A DNA stretch of 64,000 bases. Source: a virus (taxonomy: Duplodnaviria > Caudoviricetes). Position 1 is the stretch's first letter, and the number at the start of each line of letters is the position of its first letter. This document shows, one piece after another, positions 17,547 to 28,083 of this stretch. The stretch is taken from positions 32,001 through 96,000 of IMG/VR virus record IMGVR_UViG_3300020047_005985. The stretch is one strand, 5' to 3'. The notes beneath the pieces were generated by a model, which saw only the letters and a program-made list of their open reading frames with translations, did not search any database and was not told the DNA's origin. A program made the position numbers and the translations under genes.

Positions 17547-17771
17547 TTATAGAAGAATTTCTTCTGGTTTTACGTATGTAATACCTTTAGTGAAGCCCAC
17601 AAACATTGTGACTGTGGAACCTTCATTAATAGGTGCGTAAATTGGTCTTTTTGACTCGAATACCAATTTTGAATATTGTTTTTGGGTTTTTCGTATTTTA
17701 CGATTTACTCTGCTCATAATAAGTTGTTTAAAATTTAACAATATTTCAGGATTTAACTCCTGACTGCACAA
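17547..17771 (-). CDS. hypothetical protein (likely start MSRVN)
   Basis: ORF directly upstream of the 156-aa gene. Confidence 0.5.
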   Translation of the reverse strand: MCSQELNPEILLNFKQLIMSRVNRKIRKTQKQYSKLVFESKRPIYAPINEGSTVTMFVGFTKGITYVKPEEILL

Positions 17772-18090
17772 TTACTAATAAAGTTAATTACTCTTTATTA
17801 GTATAGGATTATATATCTGTTGCTGACCTTAGTCTCATTTAAACCCTACTAATGGGTACAACTTTACAATATATAAAACGCGAGTACGCAATCTCGCTGC
17901 CATCATTTGAGTGTAATGGTTATAACTCAAACTTATCCTGTTTACCTTTTACTTGAATTAACTCAAGTTTCAGATATAAGGCTTATACGGTCTATTTCTA
18001 GCCAATATTTTAAAGTTCTTTTTACAGTAGAACTTCGGAACTATTATCTTATAATAACTGTTACCATATTTTAGAAGTCTATGGTCTAAC

Positions 18091-18534
18091 TTAATCTTTT
18101 ATACGAAGCTGTTCAACAGAACAACCTTTCAATTTCGCAATCTCTTCAAGTGTTACCTCAATTACTTGAAATTCTTGAATTTCACGGGCTTGTTGCCAAG
18201 TGGTAGTTTGAGTTTCCTTTTCAGCCTCTTCAAATGTTTCAGCATGTATCCAGGCAATATAATAACCTTGTTTGAATGCAATTACAACTCTTTTGACCCA
18301 TTCACTATTAGAATCACGAACTTCCATTACTCTTGGAAATTGAGATTCTACTTTTGACAATGATGGAGTTGGGTCAACTGGTAAATATCGGCCATCTTCC
18401 GTATATAAACATGTATCATACGTGGAAAAAATTACGTTAATCGGATAGATTGGATGATTGTTTATGCTAGATACTACACCATGTAGATGATGATAGTTAC
18501 AATAGACTTTATCGCCTATGTTAAAATTTTCCAT
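18091..18534 (-). CDS. hypothetical protein with N-terminal SH3-like domain
   Basis: FNIGDKVY...YPI.V.F...YT.DG; C-terminal EVTLEEIAK..G motif. Confidence 0.8.
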   Translation of the reverse strand: MENFNIGDKVYCNYHHLHGVVSSINNHPIYPINVIFSTYDTCLYTEDGRYLPVDPTPSLSKVESQFPRVMEVRDSNSEWVKRVVIAFKQGYYIAWIHAETFEEAEKETQTTTWQQAREIQEFQVIEVTLEEIAKLKGCSVEQLRIKD

Positions 18535-18543
18535 ACTGTAATC

Positions 18544-18936
18544 TTATGTGTGTGAATGACCGCAAGATGTACATTTGCGTACATCTTTTATTATAGGTGA
18601 ACCAACTTGTGATTGGGTTGATCCACGTTGACCAGCATCATTGTCAAAATCATTAGTTGTTACCAATGTATTTTGTAATGCTTGTGAATTCATCATTAAT
18701 CCACCACATTCAAAACAAGTGTTACGAATAATTTCTTGAATTATTTGTGATGAGACAAAAGATGGAAATTTCCAGACACTTCCATGTTCTCCTGATTCCT
18801 CAGGTATATAAATTCCACCAAGTCTTTCAAACGATAATTCAAAAGATTCGGTCGGTTTTAATTTAAAGATATTACCTTTAAACGTAACATATACAAAGTT
18901 TTGTGAAACTTTATAGTTATAATTTATCAATTGCAT
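18544..18936 (-). CDS. zinc-ribbon protein
   Basis: CFECGG...KCTSCGHS. Confidence 0.75.
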   Translation of the reverse strand: MQLINYNYKVSQNFVYVTFKGNIFKLKPTESFELSFERLGGIYIPEESGEHGSVWKFPSFVSSQIIQEIIRNTCFECGGLMMNSQALQNTLVTTNDFDNDAGQRGSTQSQVGSPIIKDVRKCTSCGHSHT

Positions 18937-19095
18937 ATCCGTTACAATTTAAAAAATGAAGTGAAAATATCAGATAAAACCAATAGAACCTGTACTAGTA
19001 GGCATTGATCTATTGGACAAACTCCTGATATACAATAAGAGAAATAATTCAGCTCCGTTGCTATAATTATTCTGTTACCGCAGTTTGTTACGGAC

Positions 19096-19311
19096 TTATT
19101 TTTTTGCGTCTTCTTCTGCTTTTCTTTCTGCTCTTTTGCCTAAAATAGGTATAAGAGAAAAAAATGAGAAGAGGAATGCTACAATAAACACCTCTGTGGT
19201 TTCCATTGCTTGTGTAAGACTTCCATTAAAGTCTGTATAATAGCAATATAAAGCTCCACATAATGTGTATATTGATAGCATATAACATGCGACTTTAATC
19301 CAGAACCACAT
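19096..19311 (-). CDS. small membrane protein
   Basis: Two transmembrane-like segments. Confidence 0.65.
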   Translation of the reverse strand: MWFWIKVACYMLSIYTLCGALYCYYTDFNGSLTQAMETTEVFIVAFLFSFFSLIPILGKRAERKAEEDAKK

Positions 19312-19788
19312 TAGTTAGGATTAATTTCGGTGTTCATAGGCACTCCTGTCCGCTTAGGAGTTTGGTTGCATTTGTCGTAAATAAGTACAACTACCACAAT
19401 CAATAAGATTGCAATAATTGTATTTACAACTATTTTAGTGAATTTGCTCATACATTTTGAAAAAAATAAACATCTGTTTTATCCAGTGATAAATCGACTG
19501 TGTATTAGTATGGAACTACAATGTAGAACTCACAACTATTTACAAGAACAGAAAAGAGATTTAAATAATAGTGTCATTGCAAGTTGTTCTATGAACTCAT
19601 ATACTTACATATATTTACATATTGCACTATTAAACCAATCAATGCTCAATGGTAGTAGAGTGATTGATAATCTATTGTTTATTTTTAATCTTACTGAGTG
19701 CGATTTACCTTTCAGTAAACTACGTTTCTTCCCATTGTTCCGCCTATCACGCGGTGGTTTTTGTGTCTCTAATCAGTAAGATTATTTT

Positions 19789-20484
19789 TTATTTTTGTTG
19801 TTTTCTAAAATATCCATTAGGGTTTACACCCATCTGAATAAGTCGTTCTTCAATAGTTCCTGTTACTGGAACTTGTTGAAGTATTTCTTCAATGGTACAT
19901 TCTGTTCCAATTTGGTCAAGGATAATATCCTCGTGAGGATATTCGTTATCTATTCTTTCAGGAATAGAAAACATCTTATCTGCACCTATAACGATAGATC
20001 CAGACGGCTCTTCAATTCCGCTAAGTGTTTCCAGCTTAAGGAATTTTGCTCTTCCTCTTGCTGGGATACGCAAGAAATACAATGTGACTGCATCTTCCGA
20101 TGAACATACCAACTGCCAATAAACAGGTAAATCAAAGACTGGTTTGTTTTCTTGAAATTCTATTTGTGGTAGAATTTCGGTCAATCTTAACATTTCTTCA
20201 TGGCTTACAAGCCGAAGAAAATTACCATTTGGGTTTGCAAACCAATATTGCTGTAATGTAGTTACAAGTAAATTTCCTCCTGCTGTTAGATAGAACTTAG
20301 CTTTGTCCAATAGATATGCAAGATGCATTCTATTGAATGCTTCCCAGGTTTCACATTCTCTGGATGGATTTTTTTGAATAGTTCCATCAGTATTTACAGC
20401 GTAACATGTATATGTTACATGAGTGTCGGTTGTTTCTTGAACGTAAGCATGGAGAATTTCATCTCCGAATTTTAGCTTGTACAT
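19789..20484 (-). CDS. hypothetical protein
   Basis: 231-aa ORF. Confidence 0.8.
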   Translation of the reverse strand: MYKLKFGDEILHAYVQETTDTHVTYTCYAVNTDGTIQKNPSRECETWEAFNRMHLAYLLDKAKFYLTAGGNLLVTTLQQYWFANPNGNFLRLVSHEEMLRLTEILPQIEFQENKPVFDLPVYWQLVCSSEDAVTLYFLRIPARGRAKFLKLETLSGIEEPSGSIVIGADKMFSIPERIDNEYPHEDIILDQIGTECTIEEILQQVPVTGTIEERLIQMGVNPNGYFRKQQK

Positions 20485-20792
20485 AATACTTTTTATTTTT
20501 TGAATAATTGCCTACTCTTTTGAAGGATTTTTGGCATACTCCTTATAAACCCTCTGCACTCTGTTATAATCATCAATGATTTCATTCCTATCAATTAAGA
20601 TGGTGTATTAATTTCAACTATAGATTATAACAGCTTACCAGGGACTAGTGGGAATTAGAGTTAATAGGCAAAACACCCAATAAGAGTGACAAATCCTATT
20701 TACCTGCACTTCCGCAAGTGGAGATATTTGTTGCGGTATTTTTAAACATCAGATCAACGAGTATTATTGTCTCTATTGATCTTAAACTGGTG

Positions 20793-20984
20793 TTATATCC
20801 TTATACAAACCCAACCACAACTTGAGATGTAATCAATATTGTGTTGAATACAGAAAGCTCTACCTTCATACCATTTAAGGCAGATTTCGACAATACGACC
20901 TGATTCAGATCTTATTACTTTGTCAATAATCTCTGCTGGAATAGTAATCCCATTGAGATCATAGTCTTTATTATAGTCTTCCAT
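20793..20984 (-). CDS. hypothetical protein
   Basis: 63-aa ORF. Confidence 0.55.
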   Translation of the reverse strand: MEDYNKDYDLNGITIPAEIIDKVIRSESGRIVEICLKWYEGRAFCIQHNIDYISSCGWVCIRI

Positions 20985-22062
20985 GACGATGTGTTTTTTT
21001 GCTCTAATGTAATAAAATACATCAGAGCGAGTTTGTAGAAATTTTATATTGAGGTAAATAGTGTGAGATGGTATTTCACTAACCTACGACAACTGTCGTA
21101 GTACTATAAATCCTTGATTATCAACTAATTATCAAATAAACACAAGGATTGAGATCTTGATATCATCCAAGTTTTATACTCAATCCAAGTGTTTATAGGG
21201 TAACATTCGTCTCCCCTCCAACTGCATTACTGCAATATCTTTTAAATTCAGCTATATTACTACTGCTGATTTAGGATAAGTTATTTACCTTACTAAGTCA
21301 AGGAAAGTGGACTTATGGATGTAAGGGTTTAAGAAGAATAACCAAGTTTAACTTACTCAAACGCTGACGCTATTGAAACTTGGTAATATATTTTTAATCA
21401 ACAGTAGAGATCAATGAGTATCTCTCCCTGCCCGATTTAACCATGAAGTGCTCTACCTACAATATAGGTGTAAAACATGGAACTCACACCTTGGGCCAAG
21501 CAGGTGTAATATCTACTGTTGATAATATCTTGACACCATATTATATAGGAGACTTTCAACAGAATTTACTGTTCTTACTCCAATGTCTGTATCGCAGATA
21601 TATAATAGGTGTATTAATCAAATGAAGGAACAGAAGGATTGAAGGCTATGAAATCTCAGTGCTTTTCAATCCAACTGTTCCCGTAGTTTTTTACTATTAT
21701 ATGCCTGACTCGGAGAAAACGAATGCTCCATGTAAATACCAGACTGTACCCCTTTAGACCGTAGGGTAGATATAACAGTTATCCACTTGTCCTCTCATTC
21801 TTAGTAAGAGTTAAGCCTAAATCAATAGGCTGTGGATACCTCTTTTTTGATGAACACCTCATTCTATTCATCCCTTGATATAATTATATGAATCAACAAG
21901 AATAGTTGTTGTTTGTACATCATATAACCCCAAGTGCACATGGCCTTGAGTATTCTTTAAAACGAGTTTTATATGTGGGAAACTCGGTGTAACCAATTCT
22001 TAAACACCAGTCCAATGTCTAATATCTAAGACTATTGGATTTAAACTGGTGTTATTTGTAGA

Positions 22063-22236
22063 TTAAGTCTGATTGCCATCAATTAGGCCCTCTTCATATC
22101 TTTCTTTAGGAATGAAGTAGGCAGAATCAAGATGCTCCTGCTCTTCAGAAGCTTGACAAAGATAGGCTTCTGACCGAAACCATTCTTTATCCATATACGC
22201 CTGCGATTCAGGCCATAATACCAGTACGTAGTTCAT
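22063..22236 (-). CDS. small hypothetical protein absent from the ORF track
   Basis: Hand translation MNYVLVLWPESQAYMDKEWF...SAYFIPKERY..., 57 aa. Confidence 0.7.
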   Translation of the reverse strand: MNYVLVLWPESQAYMDKEWFRSEAYLCQASEEQEHLDSAYFIPKERYEEGLIDGNQT

Positions 22237-22324
22237 AATAAGTTATAGAGTGAGTGAGAACAATAGCTCCCATCAATACTTGAGCCATAAAGCCGGAAGT
22301 AATGACAGGAGCAGCATCATGAGT

Positions 22325-22597
22325 TTACAGGGTGGCAATCACATCAGCACCTGGCTTTGGGTTGATAAGGCAAGCCTTAGTCATATCACCATCAGGGATG
22401 AGGATAGACATAGGCAACTTAACATCCAAATCCTGTTGGCAGTTATAGTTGGTGCCATTGTCAGCAGCAACAAATAACTTATTGGTGTTAGGATTACGAA
22501 GAACATCCAATTTAGTAGCCCCAACATTCTGCTTGAACAGATTGATGGACATGAAACCAAATGTGGTTGTTGGTACTTGAGCAGCTTGATTAGCCAT
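22325..22597 (-). CDS. hypothetical protein, first gene of the minus-strand unit
   Basis: 90-aa ORF with V.RNP.T.KLF motif. Confidence 0.8.
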   Translation of the reverse strand: MANQAAQVPTTTFGFMSINLFKQNVGATKLDVLRNPNTNKLFVAADNGTNYNCQQDLDVKLPMSILIPDGDMTKACLINPKPGADVIATL

Positions 22598-23021
22598 GAT
22601 TTACGATAATTTATTGAGTGAAATAAAATGTATGGTTAGGTCGGCATTATAAGCAATGCCGCAAACTGTTCGTAGTATTTCTCTACGACCTAACCACCAG
22701 GGGAGTCTTCCTTCCCTAAAACTAAGAGGGGGTGGGGTTTGGGTTACTCTATCAAGTGTTATTCTTTCCAAAAAAACTAAAAAACAAAAAAATAAATTTA
22801 CATTATCAAATACAACTCTTTCTAAAAAATTCCAAAAAAAAAATTAAAAAAAAAATAAAATCACCTAATTTTTTACAAAACAATGTACTTACAAAAAACA
22901 CCTAAAATTATTTTCATTTACCCATATTGTATCTGGAGCTTCCTATTGCACTTTTTTAGTTAAGGAAAAGTTAAAGTTTTAAAAACACCTTAATTTCAAT
23001 CCTGCACTATTTTTTATACCT

Positions 23022-23029
23022 TATCTTTG
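23022..23029 (+). promoter_or_regulatory. Bacteroidota-type -7 element TATCTTTG
   Basis: TAnnTTTG at the head of the plus-strand unit. Confidence 0.55.
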
Positions 23030-23799
23030 TACCAAGTTTATAACCTAAACCTAGCATCCTTAGATCAGCCTGTGGACTACATTTAACCAAATGTTAGAAC
23101 AGGTTCAGAAGTCGGTTTATAAGAAGTAATCCCGTAGAGTATTATACTTTAGGTGGTGATGAAAATGAAATTTCACCGATAGATGCGAATATGGTGTAGA
23201 TATAAAAGGTGTTATTTAAACAACTGGGAGAGAAGAAGTAAATATTCAAGATTAATTCTTGTTAGAACTTCTTATGCCGGACTTGGTAATCTTTATATAA
23301 AGAGTATAAAAGTTAGTTGTTTATGGTTAAAGTTGAATCCTAAAGATTTGATGTACGCACTGGCACCCAGAAGTTCTACATTAATTATAGAGCTAAAAGC
23401 TCTCAACCAAATTGAAGTGACATTCAATGGGGGAGGGAGAGGTATATCAAAAAATGAACTTTTAAATTATGAGTAAAACAACTAAACTTATAAAACACGG
23501 TACAATAAAACAAATGGTTAGAAGGAAAACACAAGTAAAATATAAACCTTCACCCAATGAATCTAAAGATTATACTAAACTTATTGTTATTTTTACAATT
23601 ACTTTTGTAGTAATCACCATAATAAAAATGTTATGCTTTTAATATTATATGCTGTTATCGCAGGAGTTTACACTAAAGCTTACTTTGAAGAAAATATACT
23701 TTATGTAAATGTTATGCGTGATGTAATTGAGACAATTATAAATGGAGTATTTTGGCCATTAAGTTTATTATATTTTATTTTTAAAAAAGAACTTAAACA

Positions 23800-24150
23800 A
23801 TGATAATTAATCCACTAAAAGATATAATGGATAAAAATCCACAAGAGAGTATTGTGGTAACTAAGAAACAGTTTTTTGAATATTTTTACAAACTTTTAAA
23901 TCTTAGAGGTTTAGGTCTTACAGAAAATGAGATTAAAGTTTTATCAACTCTTAGTGCTAATATGACACTAGAGGATACAGGAATTAGTAAAAATAATCTT
24001 CCACCTGTATTGAAGAAGTTGGAAGAAAAAGGATTAATTCTTAATAAAGAACTGACAGAAGTTTCTAAATCATTTGCTACTAAATTAGTAGATGATGTGA
24101 CAATGATTATTAAATTTGAAATAGAAAATGATACTGGACAAAATAATTGA
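23800..24150 (+). CDS. winged-helix DNA-binding protein
   Basis: LTENEIKVL...L..VLKKLEEKGLI. Confidence 0.7.
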   Translation: MIINPLKDIMDKNPQESIVVTKKQFFEYFYKLLNLRGLGLTENEIKVLSTLSANMTLEDTGISKNNLPPVLKKLEEKGLILNKELTEVSKSFATKLVDDVTMIIKFEIENDTGQNN

Positions 24151-24316
24151 ACTCCAGATCGAATTATTGAAGAAATCAAGAGTACCTACAACGGTATTAA
24201 TGAGTATAGGAAACTTTAATATATTGGTGAAAGAGTTAGAGTCTGATAGATACTTAAGTTCTATCCACAATATGAATATTGAAATAATTAATAGTAAACA
24301 ATTGGTTGTATTATGA
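24128..24316 (+). CDS. hypothetical protein
   Basis: 62 aa, overlapping neighbours. Confidence 0.6.
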   Translation: MILDKIIELQIELLKKSRVPTTVLMSIGNFNILVKELESDRYLSSIHNMNIEIINSKQLVVL

Positions 24317-24657
24317 TAATGGTTGATGAAATTGCTATTATAAGCAGGGCGGAACAAATTAAACCTCAGCCTAAAAAAATTGAGGGATTTGAATATCAAG
24401 AAGAACTTACGGAGTTTCATTCTAAAAACAAAACAGGAGTATGGAAAATACCTTTTGGTTCTAAGTTAAAAGAAAAAGGATTTATTGCTGTTGATGTTTA
24501 TAATCCTGATGAAATTGATTTATCTAAATTTATAAGTGGAGCAATCTATCAAAAATTTCAGACTAAAGATGGTCTGACAGTTATAGCTACACTTATTATT
24601 CAAGAAATTGGTAAATATGATAATTTAAATTATACTTTTGTATGCACTCTAAAATAG
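24313..24657 (+). CDS. hypothetical protein
   Basis: 114-aa ORF. Confidence 0.7.
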   Translation: MIMVDEIAIISRAEQIKPQPKKIEGFEYQEELTEFHSKNKTGVWKIPFGSKLKEKGFIAVDVYNPDEIDLSKFISGAIYQKFQTKDGLTVIATLIIQEIGKYDNLNYTFVCTLK

Positions 24658-24783
24658 GAGTTTATAAAGAAGATAATTTTATAGTTTATTATTTTAAAGA
24701 TGGAACCGTAGTGTCAATGGTCTCTAATCCACTTTTTGATGATATAGAGAACTTTGATAAAATTCCAAACGGAACTAAATTAG

Positions 24784-25083
24784 ATGCAAAAAGCATTAGC
24801 ATTAGAAGTAGCAAGAGAGTTAAAAATGTCACCAGAAAAGGTGTATGAGATTTGCAAGAGTTTTCATGATGGTATTGGAATTGTTCTATCTGATCCTGGT
24901 GATTGTAAAAGTGGTTTATTAATACATAATTTTTTATGTTTTAATTTAAAAGAATCTAAGTTAGATAAGGTGTTACACTTAGAGGATGAGAATACAGAAT
25001 TAAGACACCGAATGAAAGAAAATCTAATTAAATTTAGAAGAAAAAACAAAAACAATGTTAAGAAAAAACAAGCCGAAGGCTAA
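24784..25083 (+). CDS. HU/IHF-like protein
   Basis: EVAREL....V..I...F...I.....G..I.NF..F pattern; typical crAss-like position. Confidence 0.6.
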   Translation: MQKALALEVARELKMSPEKVYEICKSFHDGIGIVLSDPGDCKSGLLIHNFLCFNLKESKLDKVLHLEDENTELRHRMKENLIKFRRKNKNNVKKKQAEG

Positions 25084-25645
25084 ACAAACAATGAATGATT
25101 TTATTAAAGCAAATCAATCTGATAATCCAATGGATAAGCAGGTTAAGATTGCACAAACAAATATCCATGCTTTTAAGTACACTGATACTTATATGGAGCA
25201 AGTTGTAAAATACAACGAAAATATTCAGACTATTGATCCTCTCTATGAGTCTGTAAAACCATTACATGAAATTTTAGTAAGATTTTATTTACATGAACCT
25301 ACAAAAGTGGGAGAACTTGTTATGCCTTATAAGCAGATGATTCCAATTGAAACTAAATCTGGAATTGCAGGTTATAATGAAGTAGAATCTGATTTTCCTT
25401 TCACCATGAAAGCTGTGGTGATTTCGGCTCCAGAATCTAATCCACTTAAAACAGGAGATGTAGTTTTCTTATCTAGAAAAGCTATCATGATTCATGCTAT
25501 TGGAAATGGTGCTAACGCTAAGATTGTAGTTGCTCAAAGTTTTTGTCACCCTGATAGTAATTTAGCAGATCCCCCAACTGATATTACCAATCAGCATTAC
25601 GGGTATGCGATGATTCAATATCATGAAATTAAAGCTAAACTTTAA
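25055..25645 (+). CDS. GroES-like co-chaperonin with N-terminal extension
   Basis: VKPLHEILVR...TKVGELVMP...KAVVISA...LKTGDVV. Confidence 0.6.
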   Translation: MLRKNKPKAKQTMNDFIKANQSDNPMDKQVKIAQTNIHAFKYTDTYMEQVVKYNENIQTIDPLYESVKPLHEILVRFYLHEPTKVGELVMPYKQMIPIETKSGIAGYNEVESDFPFTMKAVVISAPESNPLKTGDVVFLSRKAIMIHAIGNGANAKIVVAQSFCHPDSNLADPPTDITNQHYGYAMIQYHEIKAKL

Positions 25646-25654
25646 TCTTGATTA

Positions 25655-25879
25655 ATGGAAAGAAAATTCAATGTTAAGTTAGTAAGGACATATAAGTATT
25701 GTCTTAAATGTACTGGTATGATGGTTCAATGTACTTGGGGAAGTATGTCAATAACTGATACTACAGGAACTTTTGCGCTCACCCAATTTAATCATAAATG
25801 TGATAAATGTGGACATGGAGAAAGCTATGATAGAAATTATCCAATATTAGAATATATTGACGATGGAGAATTGGAATAA
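25655..25879 (+). CDS. zinc-ribbon protein
   Basis: CLKC...HKCDKCGH. Confidence 0.75.
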   Translation: MERKFNVKLVRTYKYCLKCTGMMVQCTWGSMSITDTTGTFALTQFNHKCDKCGHGESYDRNYPILEYIDDGELE

Positions 25880-26135
25880 ACAACTTCACAACTTTGGTAA
25901 TCTTACTAAAGGAAATACATACAAAACACACTTTGAATATTTAGGCTCTAAATCCATAAAGGAAATAGAGCCTTTGTGTTCTTGTGTGAAATATAAGTTT
26001 AATGAGAATAAACTAACTGTTAATTGGACAATTAAAAATGGTATAGCATCAAATTATGTATCTAATAAGATTATTATGATTACATATCAAGATGATACTG
26101 TTGATGATTTAACAGTTACAGGTTTTGTAATATGA
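25857..26135 (+). CDS. DUF1573-like Ig-fold protein
   Basis: FGNL..G......F.Y.G...I..I...CSC motif. Confidence 0.6.
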   Translation: MTMENWNKQLHNFGNLTKGNTYKTHFEYLGSKSIKEIEPLCSCVKYKFNENKLTVNWTIKNGIASNYVSNKIIMITYQDDTVDDLTVTGFVI

Positions 26136-26187
26136 ATATTGAAATAAAAGTAATATTAGAAATTTTTAACCGAACAAAAAGAACTAT

Positions 26188-26484
26188 ATGATAAAAGAAC
26201 TCATTAAAAGATATAAACAAGAAATACACCCGTGTATGCTTTGGCTGTTAATACATGTATATTATGATTTAAATACTAAAGCTTGGTATAATGGAGACCA
26301 CATACTAGTGGAAGGAGATGAATTTGAAAATTCTCCTGTTGAGGAGAGTGATGGTTATTCATTTGAGGTTGCACCCAAAGGTTATCTTAATATTCAAGAT
26401 TACACTTTTCAGGAATTAAAAGATTCGTTTGTTTATCTTAGTGAACAAGAGTTGAATTTACTTAAAACGTATATGAAAAGATGA
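26188..26484 (+). CDS. hypothetical protein
   Basis: 98-aa ORF. Confidence 0.7.
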   Translation: MIKELIKRYKQEIHPCMLWLLIHVYYDLNTKAWYNGDHILVEGDEFENSPVEESDGYSFEVAPKGYLNIQDYTFQELKDSFVYLSEQELNLLKTYMKR

Positions 26485-27035
26485 GTACCTTTGCAAGTAT
26501 TGATAAGCATCAAGATGGGAACTTTTGGGAACTTAATCCACATATTAAATATGTAGAACCTTTTGCAACTCTTTATTCTAATGATACTTCTAAGAGTAAA
26601 GAACAGTCTTCTAAAGATATGTGGTGTGTGCTTTGGTTAACTGATCCTGATGAAGAAGTTAATAAATATTATAGGATTGTGGATAAACAAGAAAAATTAG
26701 ATATATGTTTAAAATTTAATTCTAATTTTGATCCAAATAATCCTGTTGTTTCTGAATGTTTAGAAAAATATCCATACTTATGTTTGAATGCTGATGAATT
26801 AGCATATAAGCTTCAGAAAGATCAGTTAATTGAAATTAGTCAGTTTTTATCTAATCTTCCAATAACAATGGATACGGTTAAAGAGATTATTGATCTTAAG
26901 GCTAAGTTACCAAAGATATATCAAGATTTTGAAAAAATAGAAAAAATGTTTCAAAAGAATAAATCCGAACAAAGAGTTTGGGGTAATAGAAAACTAACTG
27001 CTCGCGAGAGAGGTTTAATAACACCTGATGAATAA
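26481..27035 (+). CDS. conserved crAss-like protein upstream of terminase (TerS candidate)
   Basis: F..LY..D.SK.K motif, helical C-terminus, position. Confidence 0.55.
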   Translation: MSTFASIDKHQDGNFWELNPHIKYVEPFATLYSNDTSKSKEQSSKDMWCVLWLTDPDEEVNKYYRIVDKQEKLDICLKFNSNFDPNNPVVSECLEKYPYLCLNADELAYKLQKDQLIEISQFLSNLPITMDTVKEIIDLKAKLPKIYQDFEKIEKMFQKNKSEQRVWGNRKLTARERGLITPDE

Positions 27036-27169
27036 AGAATTGTTTGACATTTTAGTTTCCAGTAAGAGTATGGCTTTATTTTTAAAAGAATATTCTTCTG
27101 GAAATATTGAGAATAATTGTGAAAAGCTGATAAAGCAAATAAATAGTTACTTAGAAAACGAAATACTTT

Positions 27170-27514
27170 ATGGAGATAAAGATAATACCATTGCATCCTT
27201 TTCCGAAAAATCTTCATGTAATATTCAGTAAGCCTGATGAAGCTTTTGATTATATTAAACAGCATTCACAAGGTTTAGATCATTTGACTGTTGAAGATCT
27301 TCATTATAGTTTTGGTTATACTGTACGAGATGGAAACTGCACAATTTTTCTTTATATTCATAAACCACTAAAGAAAGATATTGGTTTGTTGGTACATGAG
27401 TCTTTACATGCTGTTCAGTTTTTAATGGAGTTTATGGATACTCCTTTTACAAATGATACTTCAGAAGTATATGCGTATATGCAACAATATATTATAAATA
27501 AAATATTAAAGTGA
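27170..27514 (+). CDS. HExxH metallopeptidase-like protein
   Basis: LLVHESLHAV...EVYAY. Confidence 0.7.
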   Translation: MEIKIIPLHPFPKNLHVIFSKPDEAFDYIKQHSQGLDHLTVEDLHYSFGYTVRDGNCTIFLYIHKPLKKDIGLLVHESLHAVQFLMEFMDTPFTNDTSEVYAYMQQYIINKILK

Positions 27515-28083
27515 TTACTGATATTCAAAGATTAAAAAAAGATCTTATTTATATTGAAGATAGAACTAGATTCTTGGTTAATGTGCCATCTTTACATCCA
27601 GATCATCCTGATTTTCCAGGATTATGGAAAAAGTATTTTCAGTATTGTATTGAAGGTTTATGGGCATATGATAATGGGGGTTGGAGATTTATGCCACCAA
27701 CTTTATTTTATTACGCAAACTTTTTTAAGATTCAACATACAGAAAGTGGTTCTAAAGTCAGAAGATATGTTAAACCTACTATAAGAGATTTAGACTGGTT
27801 AATACATTATTCTTATTTAGAAGCACAAGGTTTTTCTGGTTACAAAAATGATAATTTATATAGTTGTGATATTGCACTTATAAAAGAAAATCTTTATAAG
27901 GAATTAGAGAAATCTAGTAAACCTGAACTTAGACTAAGGTTTAATCACATACATTCTAAAGATGGTAAAAGAAAACAATATATTCCTGCAAGAGAGTATA
28001 TAAAAAGATTACATGAAGAAAATTTAGGTAAACCTTTATATGAAAATCCTGCAAGAAATATTATTATTTTTGGTTCTCGCGGT
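27511..28083 (+). CDS. terL: terminase large subunit, exon 1
   Basis: G....G..F....LFYYANF..I, P..RDLDW; ends inside Walker A at GSRG. Confidence 0.88.

Noticed and set aside
22656-23476. ORFs 22656-22847 and 23183-23476
   Set aside because: They run through low-complexity or structured control DNA with no supporting motif; not excluded, but unsupported.
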